64,000 bases of DNA, taken from the IMG/VR virus record IMGVR_UViG_3300032233_001922, one strand, 5' to 3'. Under the pieces are notes generated by a model, which searched no databases, was not told the DNA's origin, and saw nothing but the letters and a program-made list of their open reading frames with translations. Positions 10,505-19,841 of the stretch are shown in pieces (position 1 is the stretch's first letter; every line of letters starts with the position of its first letter). The translations under genes were made by a program, and so were the position numbers. This stretch comes from an uncultured virus (IMG/VR IMGVR_UViG_3300032233_001922) (taxonomy: Duplodnaviria; Heunggongvirae; Uroviricota; Caudoviricetes).

Positions 10505-10937
10505 TCAAAAAATCAGTAAAAAAAGAATCGTCTAAAAAATCATTTTTAGGAAGTGCATCGCTATTTTTTAACTCATCAACATATAAATTCAAAAATATTT
10601 CCTCGTTTGGAAGTATTTTAGTTGACATACTTACACGACCATTAAGGACTACATTTTCTTTAGTTAACTCAAATATTGCCGAGTTTTGATATTGATAAGG
10701 ACTTACTGGCGTGACTTGACTAAATGCTTTTAAAGTTCCATTTGAATCATATTGTAAAAACTTTAAAGTTTCTAATAATTGAGATGAACTATTGGTTTTT
10801 ATGTATAAAGAATCAATTCCATACACGTAACTACCCATTGAGTTAATTATTTGCTCATAGGTAGTTCTTGTAGTACTCACTACTTCTACAACATTATTTA
10901 CATAAGTAGTAGTTATCGGTATATAGATTCCAGCCAT
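10494..10937 (-). CDS. paralog of the major-capsid candidate (putative minor capsid protein)
   Basis: QLLETL/DSNG/SPYQYQ match QVLETL/DANG/DPYQQQ of 29969-30664 with the same spacing. Confidence 0.6.
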   Translation of the reverse strand: MAGIYIPITTTYVNNVVEVVSTTRTTYEQIINSMGSYVYGIDSLYIKTNSSSQLLETLKFLQYDSNGTLKAFSQVTPVSPYQYQNSAIFELTKENVVLNGRVSMSTKILPNEEIFLNLYVDELKNSDALPKNDFLDDSFFTDFLNEI

Positions 10938-10945
10938 ATTTTATT

Positions 10946-11287
10946 TTATTTTTCTTCTGCCAATACTTTACCTTCGCTTGACATCGCTCTTAATTTACCA
11001 GTTGTTTTGCTTCGGGTAATTTTAACTTTATAATCTTTTAAAATCATAGCGTTTAACTTGTCCAGCTCTCTTTTTGGCTCTTTATTGTCAATTGCATCAC
11101 GCATAGCTTGTAAGCCTATTACCGCATCATCCTTAACTTTTTTATTTTCTTCTGTTGCCAATTTAGGCGCTTCATACTTATTTGTTGAAGAAGTGCTTTC
11201 GCCACCTTTGCTTTTTGGTTTGAAAAACCAAACTAAACCTAATGCTACCGCTACGGTAGTTAACAAAATTTTTGTTTCTTTGTCCAT
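10946..11287 (-). CDS. single-pass membrane protein
   Basis: N-terminal ILLTTVAVALGLVWFF. Confidence 0.65.
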   Translation of the reverse strand: MDKETKILLTTVAVALGLVWFFKPKSKGGESTSSTNKYEAPKLATEENKKVKDDAVIGLQAMRDAIDNKEPKRELDKLNAMILKDYKVKITRSKTTGKLRAMSSEGKVLAEEK

Positions 11288-11288
11288 C

Positions 11289-11648
11289 TTATTTTTTTCC
11301 TAATTTTAATATTACTATTGCTAAAACAACAATTCCAACGCCTAAAACGATGTAAGAAGTGTATCTTTTACTTTGTATTTTATTAAGCATTTCATTATTA
11401 TTTTGAACTGCTAAATATTGATAAATTATTTGTTGCTTTGCTATTTCCCCTTGAACGTTTTGTAAATGTTCTTCTAACCACTTTTGTTGGTCTAGTGAAA
11501 GCAAACCAATCTTTTGTTCCATTTCCCTTTGCTTTTTGGCATCTGCTTTTGCAAAAGCACCTCCAATAATTGCAGTTACCGCACTACTTACTACTGCTCC
11601 TCCAATTGCACTGCCAAGACCACCACCGCTACTTTTTTCTGCTTCCAT
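11289..11648 (-). CDS. Gly/Ala-rich coiled-coil membrane protein
   Basis: Gly-rich N-terminus, Gln-rich coil, C-terminal TM followed by KK. Confidence 0.65.
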   Translation of the reverse strand: MEAEKSSGGGLGSAIGGAVVSSAVTAIIGGAFAKADAKKQREMEQKIGLLSLDQQKWLEEHLQNVQGEIAKQQIIYQYLAVQNNNEMLNKIQSKRYTSYIVLGVGIVVLAIVILKLGKK

Positions 11649-11651
11649 AAT

Positions 11652-12191
11652 TTATTTTTTAGAAATTAAATAAACTCCAAACAATATGCCAAGTCCTACG
11701 CCAAGTCCAGTAACATACAACCAAGTGTCTTTTAATCTTGCCGTACTTTCAGTTTGCAATGTTTTTCGGTATTCTAACATAGAATTTGCTAAAATACCAC
11801 TTCTTGCGTTTTCAGTTTGACTTCTTAATTGTTCCGATGCAAGTTTTTCATTTGCGGACAAATTAGCCAAAGTCATATTGTATTGTGCAGTTCTATTCCT
11901 TTGTGCGGTTTCTTGCGCCATTACACCGCCAATAACACTTGTAACTACTGACAATATACCACTAACCATATTTAGCTCCCCTTCGTTCGCTATAGCCATA
12001 TCAAAATCATTAGCGAAGTCTTTATTCAAATCTATAATTATAGCTTTAAATGTAAGTTCATTTATTTTTGATATGGTTGCGGTATCAATAGAAATATCGT
12101 AGCCATACTTTTCTAAAAGTTTGACTACGATTTCTGGTTTTTCGTATATAAAATCAGCTATTTTCTGTTCTGCTGGATTTAACTTTTCCAT
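11652..12191 (-). CDS. membrane protein, related in layout to 28838-29473 and 29475-29876
   Basis: PEIVVKLLEKYGY N-terminal motif; C-terminal TM followed by KK. Confidence 0.65.
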   Translation of the reverse strand: MEKLNPAEQKIADFIYEKPEIVVKLLEKYGYDISIDTATISKINELTFKAIIIDLNKDFANDFDMAIANEGELNMVSGILSVVTSVIGGVMAQETAQRNRTAQYNMTLANLSANEKLASEQLRSQTENARSGILANSMLEYRKTLQTESTARLKDTWLYVTGLGVGLGILFGVYLISKK

Positions 12192-12250
12192 TAATTTGAA
12201 ATTAATTAATTAATTTATCCACAAATCTACAAAAAAAAATATTAGCAATA

Positions 12251-13126
12251 TTATTTCAAGGCATTAATAATTGATTGAGTATCAAATACCTCACTTAAGT
12301 TATTATACGGTAATGTGGAAATATCCTCATAAAGTGAATGTTTAGTATAAGTATTGCTTTCAACATTCACTTCTTTTGTTGGTTCTTTTGCAGTAATGTT
12401 ATTGTGCAATTCATAACCGAAAACTTTAGGATTTGTTCCAATCCAACCTACAACACTTGGTAAATTCAATGCAGTAGCAACGTGCATAGAACTACTATCA
12501 ATCAATAGTCTTTTAGATGCCAAAGTAAGCATTATCGCTATGCTTCTCCAATTGTCTAAAGCACCAATTGTATTTTCGTAAATTAATTGGTCATCTCTTT
12601 TTATATGCAATATTGCATAATCATTTTTAAATTGGCTCACTACCTCATTTACCAAAGTCGAAGGCAAATCTCTTGTCCAACTATATTTTAAAGGTTGTCC
12701 TATTCCACCACCGTTTGGCTGGATAGCCATAATAGGTTTGTCTAATTTGTAGAACGGTGCAAAGTATTCTTTTTCTGCTTTTGACAAAAATATTTCTGGC
12801 AATTCTCCATTATAATTTAGTCCATACATATCACACCAAATTTTTAATAAGTGATTGCTTTCTGTTATAAAATCACTCGTTAAATAAGGGTCTGAAATGA
12901 AAACTTTTGCATCTTTGTTTTGAATATAGTTTTTATAAAAACCAACCGCTTGTGAATGATTAAGTATTTTATTTACGTTTGGATTACCAATAAAAACATC
13001 GGGATAACCAGTCAAAACAATTATGTTTGCTTTTTTGTACTCTTTTTTTATAACTTTAAGAACCGCAGTAGCCATTATTGACTTACCCAATCCACCCTCC
13101 ACCGAAAATACTATATTTTGTATCAT
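12251..13126 (-). CDS. glycosyltransferase, GT9/heptosyltransferase-like
   Basis: GGLGKSIM N-terminus, IDSSSMHVATALNLPSVVGW...TNPKVFGY. Confidence 0.75.
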   Translation of the reverse strand: MIQNIVFSVEGGLGKSIMATAVLKVIKKEYKKANIIVLTGYPDVFIGNPNVNKILNHSQAVGFYKNYIQNKDAKVFISDPYLTSDFITESNHLLKIWCDMYGLNYNGELPEIFLSKAEKEYFAPFYKLDKPIMAIQPNGGGIGQPLKYSWTRDLPSTLVNEVVSQFKNDYAILHIKRDDQLIYENTIGALDNWRSIAIMLTLASKRLLIDSSSMHVATALNLPSVVGWIGTNPKVFGYELHNNITAKEPTKEVNVESNTYTKHSLYEDISTLPYNNLSEVFDTQSIINALK

Positions 13127-13129
13127 TTT

Positions 13130-13351
13130 TTACTCTTTGTTTTTGTTGTTTTTAAGTCCGTATTCTGAAAAAGTGTACCACATCCTTTCGTGAAAAAAAT
13201 AGATTATTGGTTTAACACAAATTTCAGTCAATCCTATACTACCAGCAACCCAAAAATTACCAGTAAAAAAATAAGAAATTAAGCACGTTTGAAACGTGCC
13301 TAACGCTCTATAACTAACCGCTTTCGCTAAATGTCTTTTATAATTTACCAT
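13130..13351 (-). CDS. DUF2061-like small membrane protein
   Basis: RHLAKAVSYR...YFFHERMW. Confidence 0.75.
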   Translation of the reverse strand: MVNYKRHLAKAVSYRALGTFQTCLISYFFTGNFWVAGSIGLTEICVKPIIYFFHERMWYTFSEYGLKNNKNKE

Positions 13352-13742
13352 CTGCTCTCATTTGTTCTCTTATTTTAGTGGCTGAAACATCGCCTATTGC
13401 AGTAGGTGGAACATACTCAACAATATCATATCCAACATATCTACCAAAATTTACCGAATCAATATCGGGTATAATCATTACTTTCATAATTCCAGAGTTT
13501 ATCAATAAGGCATAAGTATCTTCAATGTTTTTCTTAACATCTTTTGGCGTAAAAGGATTTTTTTCATTTACCTCTCCATCTCTAATACAAATCAATAAAT
13601 TTTTACCCTCATCAAGCGCTTGTTGAAACAATGCCTTATGACTTTCGTGTAGAGGTTGCCAACGACCAATAAACATTGCGTATTGTGTTGGTTTTGCTTC
13701 TAAAGACGATTTAACGTGTGTAATTTTTTCCCAATTTTCCAT
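13338..13742 (-). CDS. HxGH-superfamily nucleotidyltransferase (cytidyltransferase-like)
   Basis: FIGRWQPLHESH and VSATKIR motifs. Confidence 0.75.
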   Translation of the reverse strand: MENWEKITHVKSSLEAKPTQYAMFIGRWQPLHESHKALFQQALDEGKNLLICIRDGEVNEKNPFTPKDVKKNIEDTYALLINSGIMKVMIIPDIDSVNFGRYVGYDIVEYVPPTAIGDVSATKIREQMRADGKL

Positions 13743-13744
13743 AA

Positions 13745-14062
13745 TTAACTAATGTATGCAATGTTGTTTTTAAATGTTATTTTTTCTGCTAAACAAGATA
13801 CGTGGTGTTTAATACCAATATCTTTAATATCAACACTTTCTGTTTTTGTTGGTATAAATATTGATATTTCACTAACTAAAAATTCATTTCTATTTAAAAG
13901 CAATCTCCATTTTTTAGTTCCATCGCTATCCGTGTTATTGTAACGTATAGCAACGTGAGTTTTTTCATTTTCTTTTTTTATTAGAACTTCTCTGCCTTCT
14001 GAAATATATTCTTGTATTTTTTCGGCAACAACTTCTTTTGCAACTTTTTTTTCTTTATCCAT
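13745..14062 (-). CDS. hypothetical protein
   Basis: 105-aa ORF inside the sulfation cluster. Confidence 0.55.
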   Translation of the reverse strand: MDKEKKVAKEVVAEKIQEYISEGREVLIKKENEKTHVAIRYNNTDSDGTKKWRLLLNRNEFLVSEISIFIPTKTESVDIKDIGIKHHVSCLAEKITFKNNIAYIS

Positions 14063-14525
14063 TTTTTTCCAATTTATATTGTTTAATTTTATCTAAAAGT
14101 TCATTGGTAGAGGTAAGTTCGTCTATATTAGTAGTGTCAATATCGATGTAATCTAAAAATGGTAATTCGTAATTTTCAACGTGGAAGTTTTCTCTACCAC
14201 GAATATCAGTTGTGTGAATATAAACCTCAATTACATCGGCAGTTAGTTTAAGTTCTTCCCTTAAATCTTTAAATGGAGAAACTACTGCTATAATTACATC
14301 ATGCAAAAAGTCGGTATCAATGTATTTAGCAATAGCATACGCTTTGCCAATATTATCTCTCCTACCTTTTTCGCTATAATCTTTATTGTTTAAAATTTTT
14401 CTTAAATCATCCCCATCGATAATAAAAACCTTTCTTTGTGGGTTTGATATTTCTAATGCGGTACGTAAATGTTTGGCTAATGTAGTTTTGCCAGAGTGCG
14501 GTTGCCCAATTAAATTGTAAATCAT
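14055..14525 (-). CDS. cysC: adenylylsulfate (APS) kinase-like protein
   Basis: GQPHSGKTT P-loop, IDGDDLR, DYSEKGRRDNI, VSPF. Confidence 0.8.
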   Translation of the reverse strand: MIYNLIGQPHSGKTTLAKHLRTALEISNPQRKVFIIDGDDLRKILNNKDYSEKGRRDNIGKAYAIAKYIDTDFLHDVIIAVVSPFKDLREELKLTADVIEVYIHTTDIRGRENFHVENYELPFLDYIDIDTTNIDELTSTNELLDKIKQYKLEKNG

Positions 14526-14567
14526 TTTTGTTGTTATTAAGTTTCTTATTCAAATGTAGTAAAAATT

Positions 14568-15386
14568 CTATACGTAGCCAAAATAATTATAAAACCACTT
14601 GTAAGTGTTTTTTATATTGTTTGATAATTCAAACCCCAAAACTTCATTGTAATCGTCTGGTTTTCTTTCAAATTTAGTTCTTAAAGTATGGTCGCCATAA
14701 ATTCCGTGAATAAGGTCGTTTTCTTGCGTGTATTGAGTTATATTCTCAAAATCGTGTGATTCATAATAAGGAAGTTCAAAATACTCGTATAAACGCTTCA
14801 TTTCGTTTTCTGGATTACACATTAAATCTTCATAACGAATAAAAAGCATTTTTTTATCTATACCTTGTTGAATACAATCTTTTAATCTATCCATTGACAC
14901 GCCAACTGGAACACCATCTGCCCAAATATTAATTCTTTTGTCTAGGGTCGTGCCAACTAATTGTGGTGCATTTTGAATATGACTTTCTCGGTGTGGATTT
15001 TTACGAAAGTTTTTTTCCATTGATGAATAAACTGAGCGTACATCTCTAACCATACAAACGATTTTTGGATTTTCATTTAGCATATTCAAAAGATTGTAAT
15101 GAATACCCCAATCTCGACTTTTATCTACAATAAATTGTTTTGGCGTAAGATTATTAAAAAAACCTTGAACACCAGCTCTACAAAAACCTAAAAAGGCATT
15201 TTCCATCGCTTGTTTATCTTGCGACAAAATTGATTGCGAATGAGCATAAGTGTTTTTTGAACTTAATATTAAATCGCTTAAACCAGAGGTAGGGGTGCAA
15301 TAAAAAGTGGGATTTTGAGCAATTAAATTTTGAAGCAAAGTACTACCACTTCTAGGAAGTGAAGAATTAAAAAAAATCTTTTTCAT
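14568..15386 (-). CDS. sulfotransferase family protein
   Basis: SLPRSGSTLL (5'-PSB), DKSR, MVRDVRSVYSS (3'-PB), IRYEDL. Confidence 0.85.
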   Translation of the reverse strand: MKKIFFNSSLPRSGSTLLQNLIAQNPTFYCTPTSGLSDLILSSKNTYAHSQSILSQDKQAMENAFLGFCRAGVQGFFNNLTPKQFIVDKSRDWGIHYNLLNMLNENPKIVCMVRDVRSVYSSMEKNFRKNPHRESHIQNAPQLVGTTLDKRINIWADGVPVGVSMDRLKDCIQQGIDKKMLFIRYEDLMCNPENEMKRLYEYFELPYYESHDFENITQYTQENDLIHGIYGDHTLRTKFERKPDDYNEVLGFELSNNIKNTYKWFYNYFGYV

Positions 15387-15468
15387 AATAGTTGTTATTT
15401 ATGTTTCTTGTTTTGATTGTAAAAAAAAGAGTTACCGAGTTTTACTCGATAACTCCTATTATTTTTTT

Positions 15469-15795
15469 TTATTTTGTTTTTGGCGCAACCACTACTTCAT
15501 TATCTTTTGCGGTTTGCAATTCAGCAATTAAAGCATCGATAAAAGGTTTTAAATCAGTATCGTCTTTTAGATTAAAGCTGTCTTTTGAAGTCCAACGAAC
15601 ATCATTGTAACCAAAAAAGTTTACTGCGTGAAATTCTGTAACCAAAGTTGGATTGTCCGCTGGTTTTTTAGCAAATATTTCAGCCATTAAAGGCGTAACA
15701 TTCGTTAAAGTGTCGGTTTTAACTTTTACTGATAAATCTTTTGAATTGATTTGTGTTTCTCCGTAACCAAAAACGTGAATTGTGAAATTTTCCAT
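15469..15795 (-). CDS. hypothetical protein
   Basis: 108-aa ORF with an upstream TATATTTG box on the minus strand and a downstream hairpin. Confidence 0.6.
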   Translation of the reverse strand: MENFTIHVFGYGETQINSKDLSVKVKTDTLTNVTPLMAEIFAKKPADNPTLVTEFHAVNFFGYNDVRWTSKDSFNLKDDTDLKPFIDALIAELQTAKDNEVVVAPKTK

Positions 15796-15861
15796 TTTAT
15801 TTTAAAATTTATGAAATACAAATATAAATAAAGTATTTCGGTTTTGTTGTTTTTATTTTTA

Positions 15862-16731
15862 TTAAGGTATTATACTCAAGTAAGTACCATTTAGATAGAC
15901 TGCTCCAGTAGGTAGACCAGCTCCACTTGTTGGTATATTCATTATAGATAATTCATTTACAAACGTTGCACCAGCTCTATTAGCAGTAATATTGTTACCG
16001 ATAATCATAGCAAATGAACAACCATAAGTATTATTATTTCTACCAGCTAAAATTGCACTATAACTACCATTTGCAAGGTTGTCATAACCACCGCCAATAA
16101 ATGATTTATAACCAGAAGCAATATTGCTACTACCACCTCCTACTGTACTATAACTTCCACTTGCAGAATTAGAATCTCCACCACCAATTGCAGAACCATA
16201 ACCAGAAGCAATATTACCAGTGCCACCACCAATAGTTGCACTACTGTTACTTGTAGAATTATTGTTACCACCACCAACTGTTGAATAATAATTAGAAGTT
16301 ATATTATTATAACCACCACCTATTACAGAACGACAACCAGATGCAGTATTACCTTGACCACCACCAACTGTAGCGTAACTTCCACTTGCATCATTAGTTC
16401 CTAATATTGGTTGAATACCAGTGCCATTAGTATTATATTCAAACGGACTACTACCGCCACCTCCAGAATTGTCAAAACCAAGATTTGCTTCCGCAAAAGC
16501 TATAAAGGTAGTTTGCGTAAAAACGGTATTTGTTGCATCTGTACAAGTTGACAACGGATTATTGAAAACTGGCGTGAAGTTCGCTAAATACTTGTTGAAA
16601 ATACATATATAAGGCGTTGAATTTGACAAAGTCAAAACATCTATACTACAAGCATCTTTTGGAATAACTAATATCATTATGCCATCTTTTGATATTTGTA
16701 AACTTCCAAATACTATTTCTAATTTATTCAT
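15862..16731 (-). CDS. glycine-rich beta-helix fibre/spike protein
   Basis: About 15-aa repeats ASGxxSxxGGGxxN; C-terminus shared with 16751-18316. Confidence 0.7.
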   Translation of the reverse strand: MNKLEIVFGSLQISKDGIMILVIPKDACSIDVLTLSNSTPYICIFNKYLANFTPVFNNPLSTCTDATNTVFTQTTFIAFAEANLGFDNSGGGGSSPFEYNTNGTGIQPILGTNDASGSYATVGGGQGNTASGCRSVIGGGYNNITSNYYSTVGGGNNNSTSNSSATIGGGTGNIASGYGSAIGGGDSNSASGSYSTVGGGSSNIASGYKSFIGGGYDNLANGSYSAILAGRNNNTYGCSFAMIIGNNITANRAGATFVNELSIMNIPTSGAGLPTGAVYLNGTYLSIIP

Positions 16732-16750
16732 AATCTTTTATTTTGTTTTG

Positions 16751-18316
16751 TTAAGGGACAATACATAATATTCCAACGCTACTCCATACAGAACCGCTTG
16801 GTAAACCTACATTTGATGTCGGGATGTTTTTAATTGATAAATTATTTACAAATGTAGTACAATTTCTGTCAGCAGTCAAATCACTACCCACAATCATTGC
16901 GTGAATAAAAGAACAAGTAACATTATTTTGACCTCCCAATATTGCTGAACAGTTACTCCTTGCGGTATTTACAAATCCACCACCTACAAAAGAGTGTTCC
17001 CCAAGCGCATTGTTAAATTGACCGCCAGTTATTGCCGAACCAGCACCGTTAGAAGCATTTTGAGAACCCCCACCTACTGTAGAAATGCTCCCAAACGAAT
17101 TATTTCCATAACCGCCTATAATTGACGAATATGAACCACAAGCAACATTATAACCTCCACCAGATACCGTTGAATGACTTGAAGTAGATAAGTTTTTAAA
17201 CCCTCCACCAATAGTAGAGCATATTCCAGAAGCAATATTACATTTCCCAGCTCCTATAAAAGAAGTACTGCCAGAAACCGTATTGTTACTTCCAGCTAAA
17301 ATTGCTGAATAATCAGATGATATAAGATTGTTTGAACCAGCAAAAATAGCAGAAACATTACCATAAACTTTATTTCTTCCACCTCCACCAACTGCGCTAT
17401 AAAAACCATTGGATTTATTATATATACCACCAGATAGTGTTGCAAATGTACCACTAGCATTATTTCCCTTTCCTCCGCTTACTGTTGAATAGTTCCCAGA
17501 AACACCGTTAAACTGCCCCCCACCTATTACTGAATAATTACCTTGATTTACATTATTACCTCCACCACCTACCGTGCTATGTGTGCATACTGATTGATTA
17601 GAAGAGCCTCCTAAAATAGAAGAACTAATTCCAGTAGAGAAATTTGATTTACCTCCACCTACTACTGAATTTGAATTACACGTAATATTGCACCAACCAC
17701 CGCCAATAGTTGCATTATCTCCTCTTACAACATTGCTTTGCCCTCCACCTATTGTAGAATGGTTGTCAAAAGATTTGTTGGAACTCCCAGCAAAAATAGA
17801 GGAATTAATACCATATACGATATTATTATATCCACCTCCAATAGTGGAATTACAATTTGCGGATTGATTTTTAGAACCACCACCTACAATTGAACTATCG
17901 CATAATGCAGAATTACAATATCCTCCACCTATTGTAGCATTTAATCCGCTAGAAACGTTATTTCCTATTATTGGCTGAATACCAGTACCATTTGCATTAT
18001 ATTCAAACGGACTTGCGCCTATATAGGTTGAATAATCAATCCAGTTTAAATTGTTAGATAAGTCATTATCTACACCTCCCATAATTAAATTGGCTAAAAT
18101 ATACACTTTATTATTAGACGAAGTAGGGTCGCTACTAACACTAACTTGCATACCAAATTTTCTCCTTTGAGCTGGAATTAAATTTCTATTTGCGAGTGTA
18201 TCTAAAGCCATTAAACCGCCTAAACCAAGACTATCTATATGCGTTGGAAAAGTGTCTGTACTGGCAGTTGTACCTATGTTGCTTGTAATTGGAATTGAAC
18301 CGTTTGGATAAGCCAT
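16751..18316 (-). CDS. long glycine-rich beta-helix fibre/spike protein
   Basis: More than 20 repeats of about 15 aa of the SxIGGGxxN type. Confidence 0.75.
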   Translation of the reverse strand: MAYPNGSIPITSNIGTTASTDTFPTHIDSLGLGGLMALDTLANRNLIPAQRRKFGMQVSVSSDPTSSNNKVYILANLIMGGVDNDLSNNLNWIDYSTYIGASPFEYNANGTGIQPIIGNNVSSGLNATIGGGYCNSALCDSSIVGGGSKNQSANCNSTIGGGYNNIVYGINSSIFAGSSNKSFDNHSTIGGGQSNVVRGDNATIGGGWCNITCNSNSVVGGGKSNFSTGISSSILGGSSNQSVCTHSTVGGGGNNVNQGNYSVIGGGQFNGVSGNYSTVSGGKGNNASGTFATLSGGIYNKSNGFYSAVGGGGRNKVYGNVSAIFAGSNNLISSDYSAILAGSNNTVSGSTSFIGAGKCNIASGICSTIGGGFKNLSTSSHSTVSGGGYNVACGSYSSIIGGYGNNSFGSISTVGGGSQNASNGAGSAITGGQFNNALGEHSFVGGGFVNTARSNCSAILGGQNNVTCSFIHAMIVGSDLTADRNCTTFVNNLSIKNIPTSNVGLPSGSVWSSVGILCIVP

Positions 18317-18334
18317 TTTATTTTGTTTTTTAAA

Positions 18335-19276
18335 TTATGATACTCTAATTGTTATTGTACCACCTAATATATTTTTTGTTCTGTAAACTCTATAATTAGT
18401 CGCTATTCCTTGTGCATTTGTAACGTTTACCAATCCATAAGACCATCCATTTTCAGTATTGCTATAAAACGCATTGTCACTCGAATCTGCCATTGAAACC
18501 ACTAAATTAGTAGAGGTGTCTTTAAATCCAGTAGAAGCAGTCGGACTTCCAAAACTATCGGGGTAGCAAATGTATTTATAATTTGATGCTGAAAAAGAAT
18601 AATCTGCAAATTGATTTTGAGCCAATAAGCCAGTTAATGATTCTATTTGAGATTCATTTAGAGTAGTATTTGCACTTATACCATAGTAAACTTTCCAAAA
18701 CCAATAAACAGTCGCTAAATCACTCTGTAATACATTTCCTTTAGTATCTATAGCGTTAGCTTTCCATTGATTATATGTAGCGGTAGTTTTTTGAACACTA
18801 CCAATATTTACGTTTTGAGGACTTGAATTGCTTATTCCAGATTGCAATGTTGTGTTCGAGGTTACATCTAATACAGAAACGCTATTTGCACTCACATTTG
18901 TAGGCGTTATAAAAGACCAACTGAATGATTTTAAACCACTAATTACAGTACCTACTTCAATTGGATTTGATTGTGAAATAGAAAATGAATTAAAAGTTGG
19001 CGCTACATAAGGTGCGTAAATATTTTCAAATAAAGCATCGTAAGTATATCCAGTAATATCTGTTCCAGAAGGTATGTTTTCTACAGTAATTGTAGTAGGA
19101 CTGTCGCCATCATAAATTGAAGAACCGCTACTGCCAACAAAATCAGATAATGGTTGAATATTACCCATAACATCTTTAACCTTCATTACGCCACTAACGC
19201 CTTCAACGAAAACTGCCAAACTATTACCGTTTGGACTTGTAATGTTGTTTTGTTGTGATTTAGTTACATTTCCCAT
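18335..19276 (-). CDS. putative spike/receptor-binding protein with shared N-terminal module
   Basis: MGNVTKSQ...NGNSLAVFV...KVKD module followed by a beta-rich body. Confidence 0.6.
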   Translation of the reverse strand: MGNVTKSQQNNITSPNGNSLAVFVEGVSGVMKVKDVMGNIQPLSDFVGSSGSSIYDGDSPTTITVENIPSGTDITGYTYDALFENIYAPYVAPTFNSFSISQSNPIEVGTVISGLKSFSWSFITPTNVSANSVSVLDVTSNTTLQSGISNSSPQNVNIGSVQKTTATYNQWKANAIDTKGNVLQSDLATVYWFWKVYYGISANTTLNESQIESLTGLLAQNQFADYSFSASNYKYICYPDSFGSPTASTGFKDTSTNLVVSMADSSDNAFYSNTENGWSYGLVNVTNAQGIATNYRVYRTKNILGGTITIRVS

Positions 19277-19827
19277 TATATTCCGTTTTTAAATTGATAT
19301 GTACCACTCAAATTAAATTGAGTAGTTGTAGAAGTCGCCCCTACTGGTGTGTTAAATTTCCACGCTAAATCTGTTGTACTTCCCGAATAGTATAATTTAT
19401 GTACAATATTGCTATAATCATTATCTGTTATTCCAGCAATATGATATAATGAATTACCAGCAGTTTGATGCAAAGTACCCCCAGCTTGTCGCATAGTTTG
19501 AACCGAAGCAAATGGCAACGTAATTTGATATTGCCCAGTTCCAAAATTAGTACAAGTACTAAAGTCAACAAATACTCTAAAAAAGCAAGTTAAAGGATTT
19601 ATAATAGTATAATATCCAGTTGCTTTTGCTCCCGTTGTAGTTCCAAAAGAATCTGTAAACAAAGGGTCGAATTTTTGCTCATTTGAAAAGAAATCAGATA
19701 ATAATTGCACGTTTCCGTTTATGTCTTTTACTTTTATTTCTCCGCTTAAACTATCAACAAATAATGCCAAACTATTACCATTTGGACTTAATATATTATT
19801 AGCTTGTGATTTAGTTACATTTCCCAT
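19276..19827 (-). CDS. putative spike protein with shared N-terminal module
   Basis: Near-identical N-terminal module to 18335-19276; GTGQYQITLPF head-like region. Confidence 0.6.
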   Translation of the reverse strand: MGNVTKSQANNILSPNGNSLALFVDSLSGEIKVKDINGNVQLLSDFFSNEQKFDPLFTDSFGTTTGAKATGYYTIINPLTCFFRVFVDFSTCTNFGTGQYQITLPFASVQTMRQAGGTLHQTAGNSLYHIAGITDNDYSNIVHKLYYSGSTTDLAWKFNTPVGATSTTTQFNLSGTYQFKNGI

Positions 19828-19841
19828 TTTATATTTTAAAA

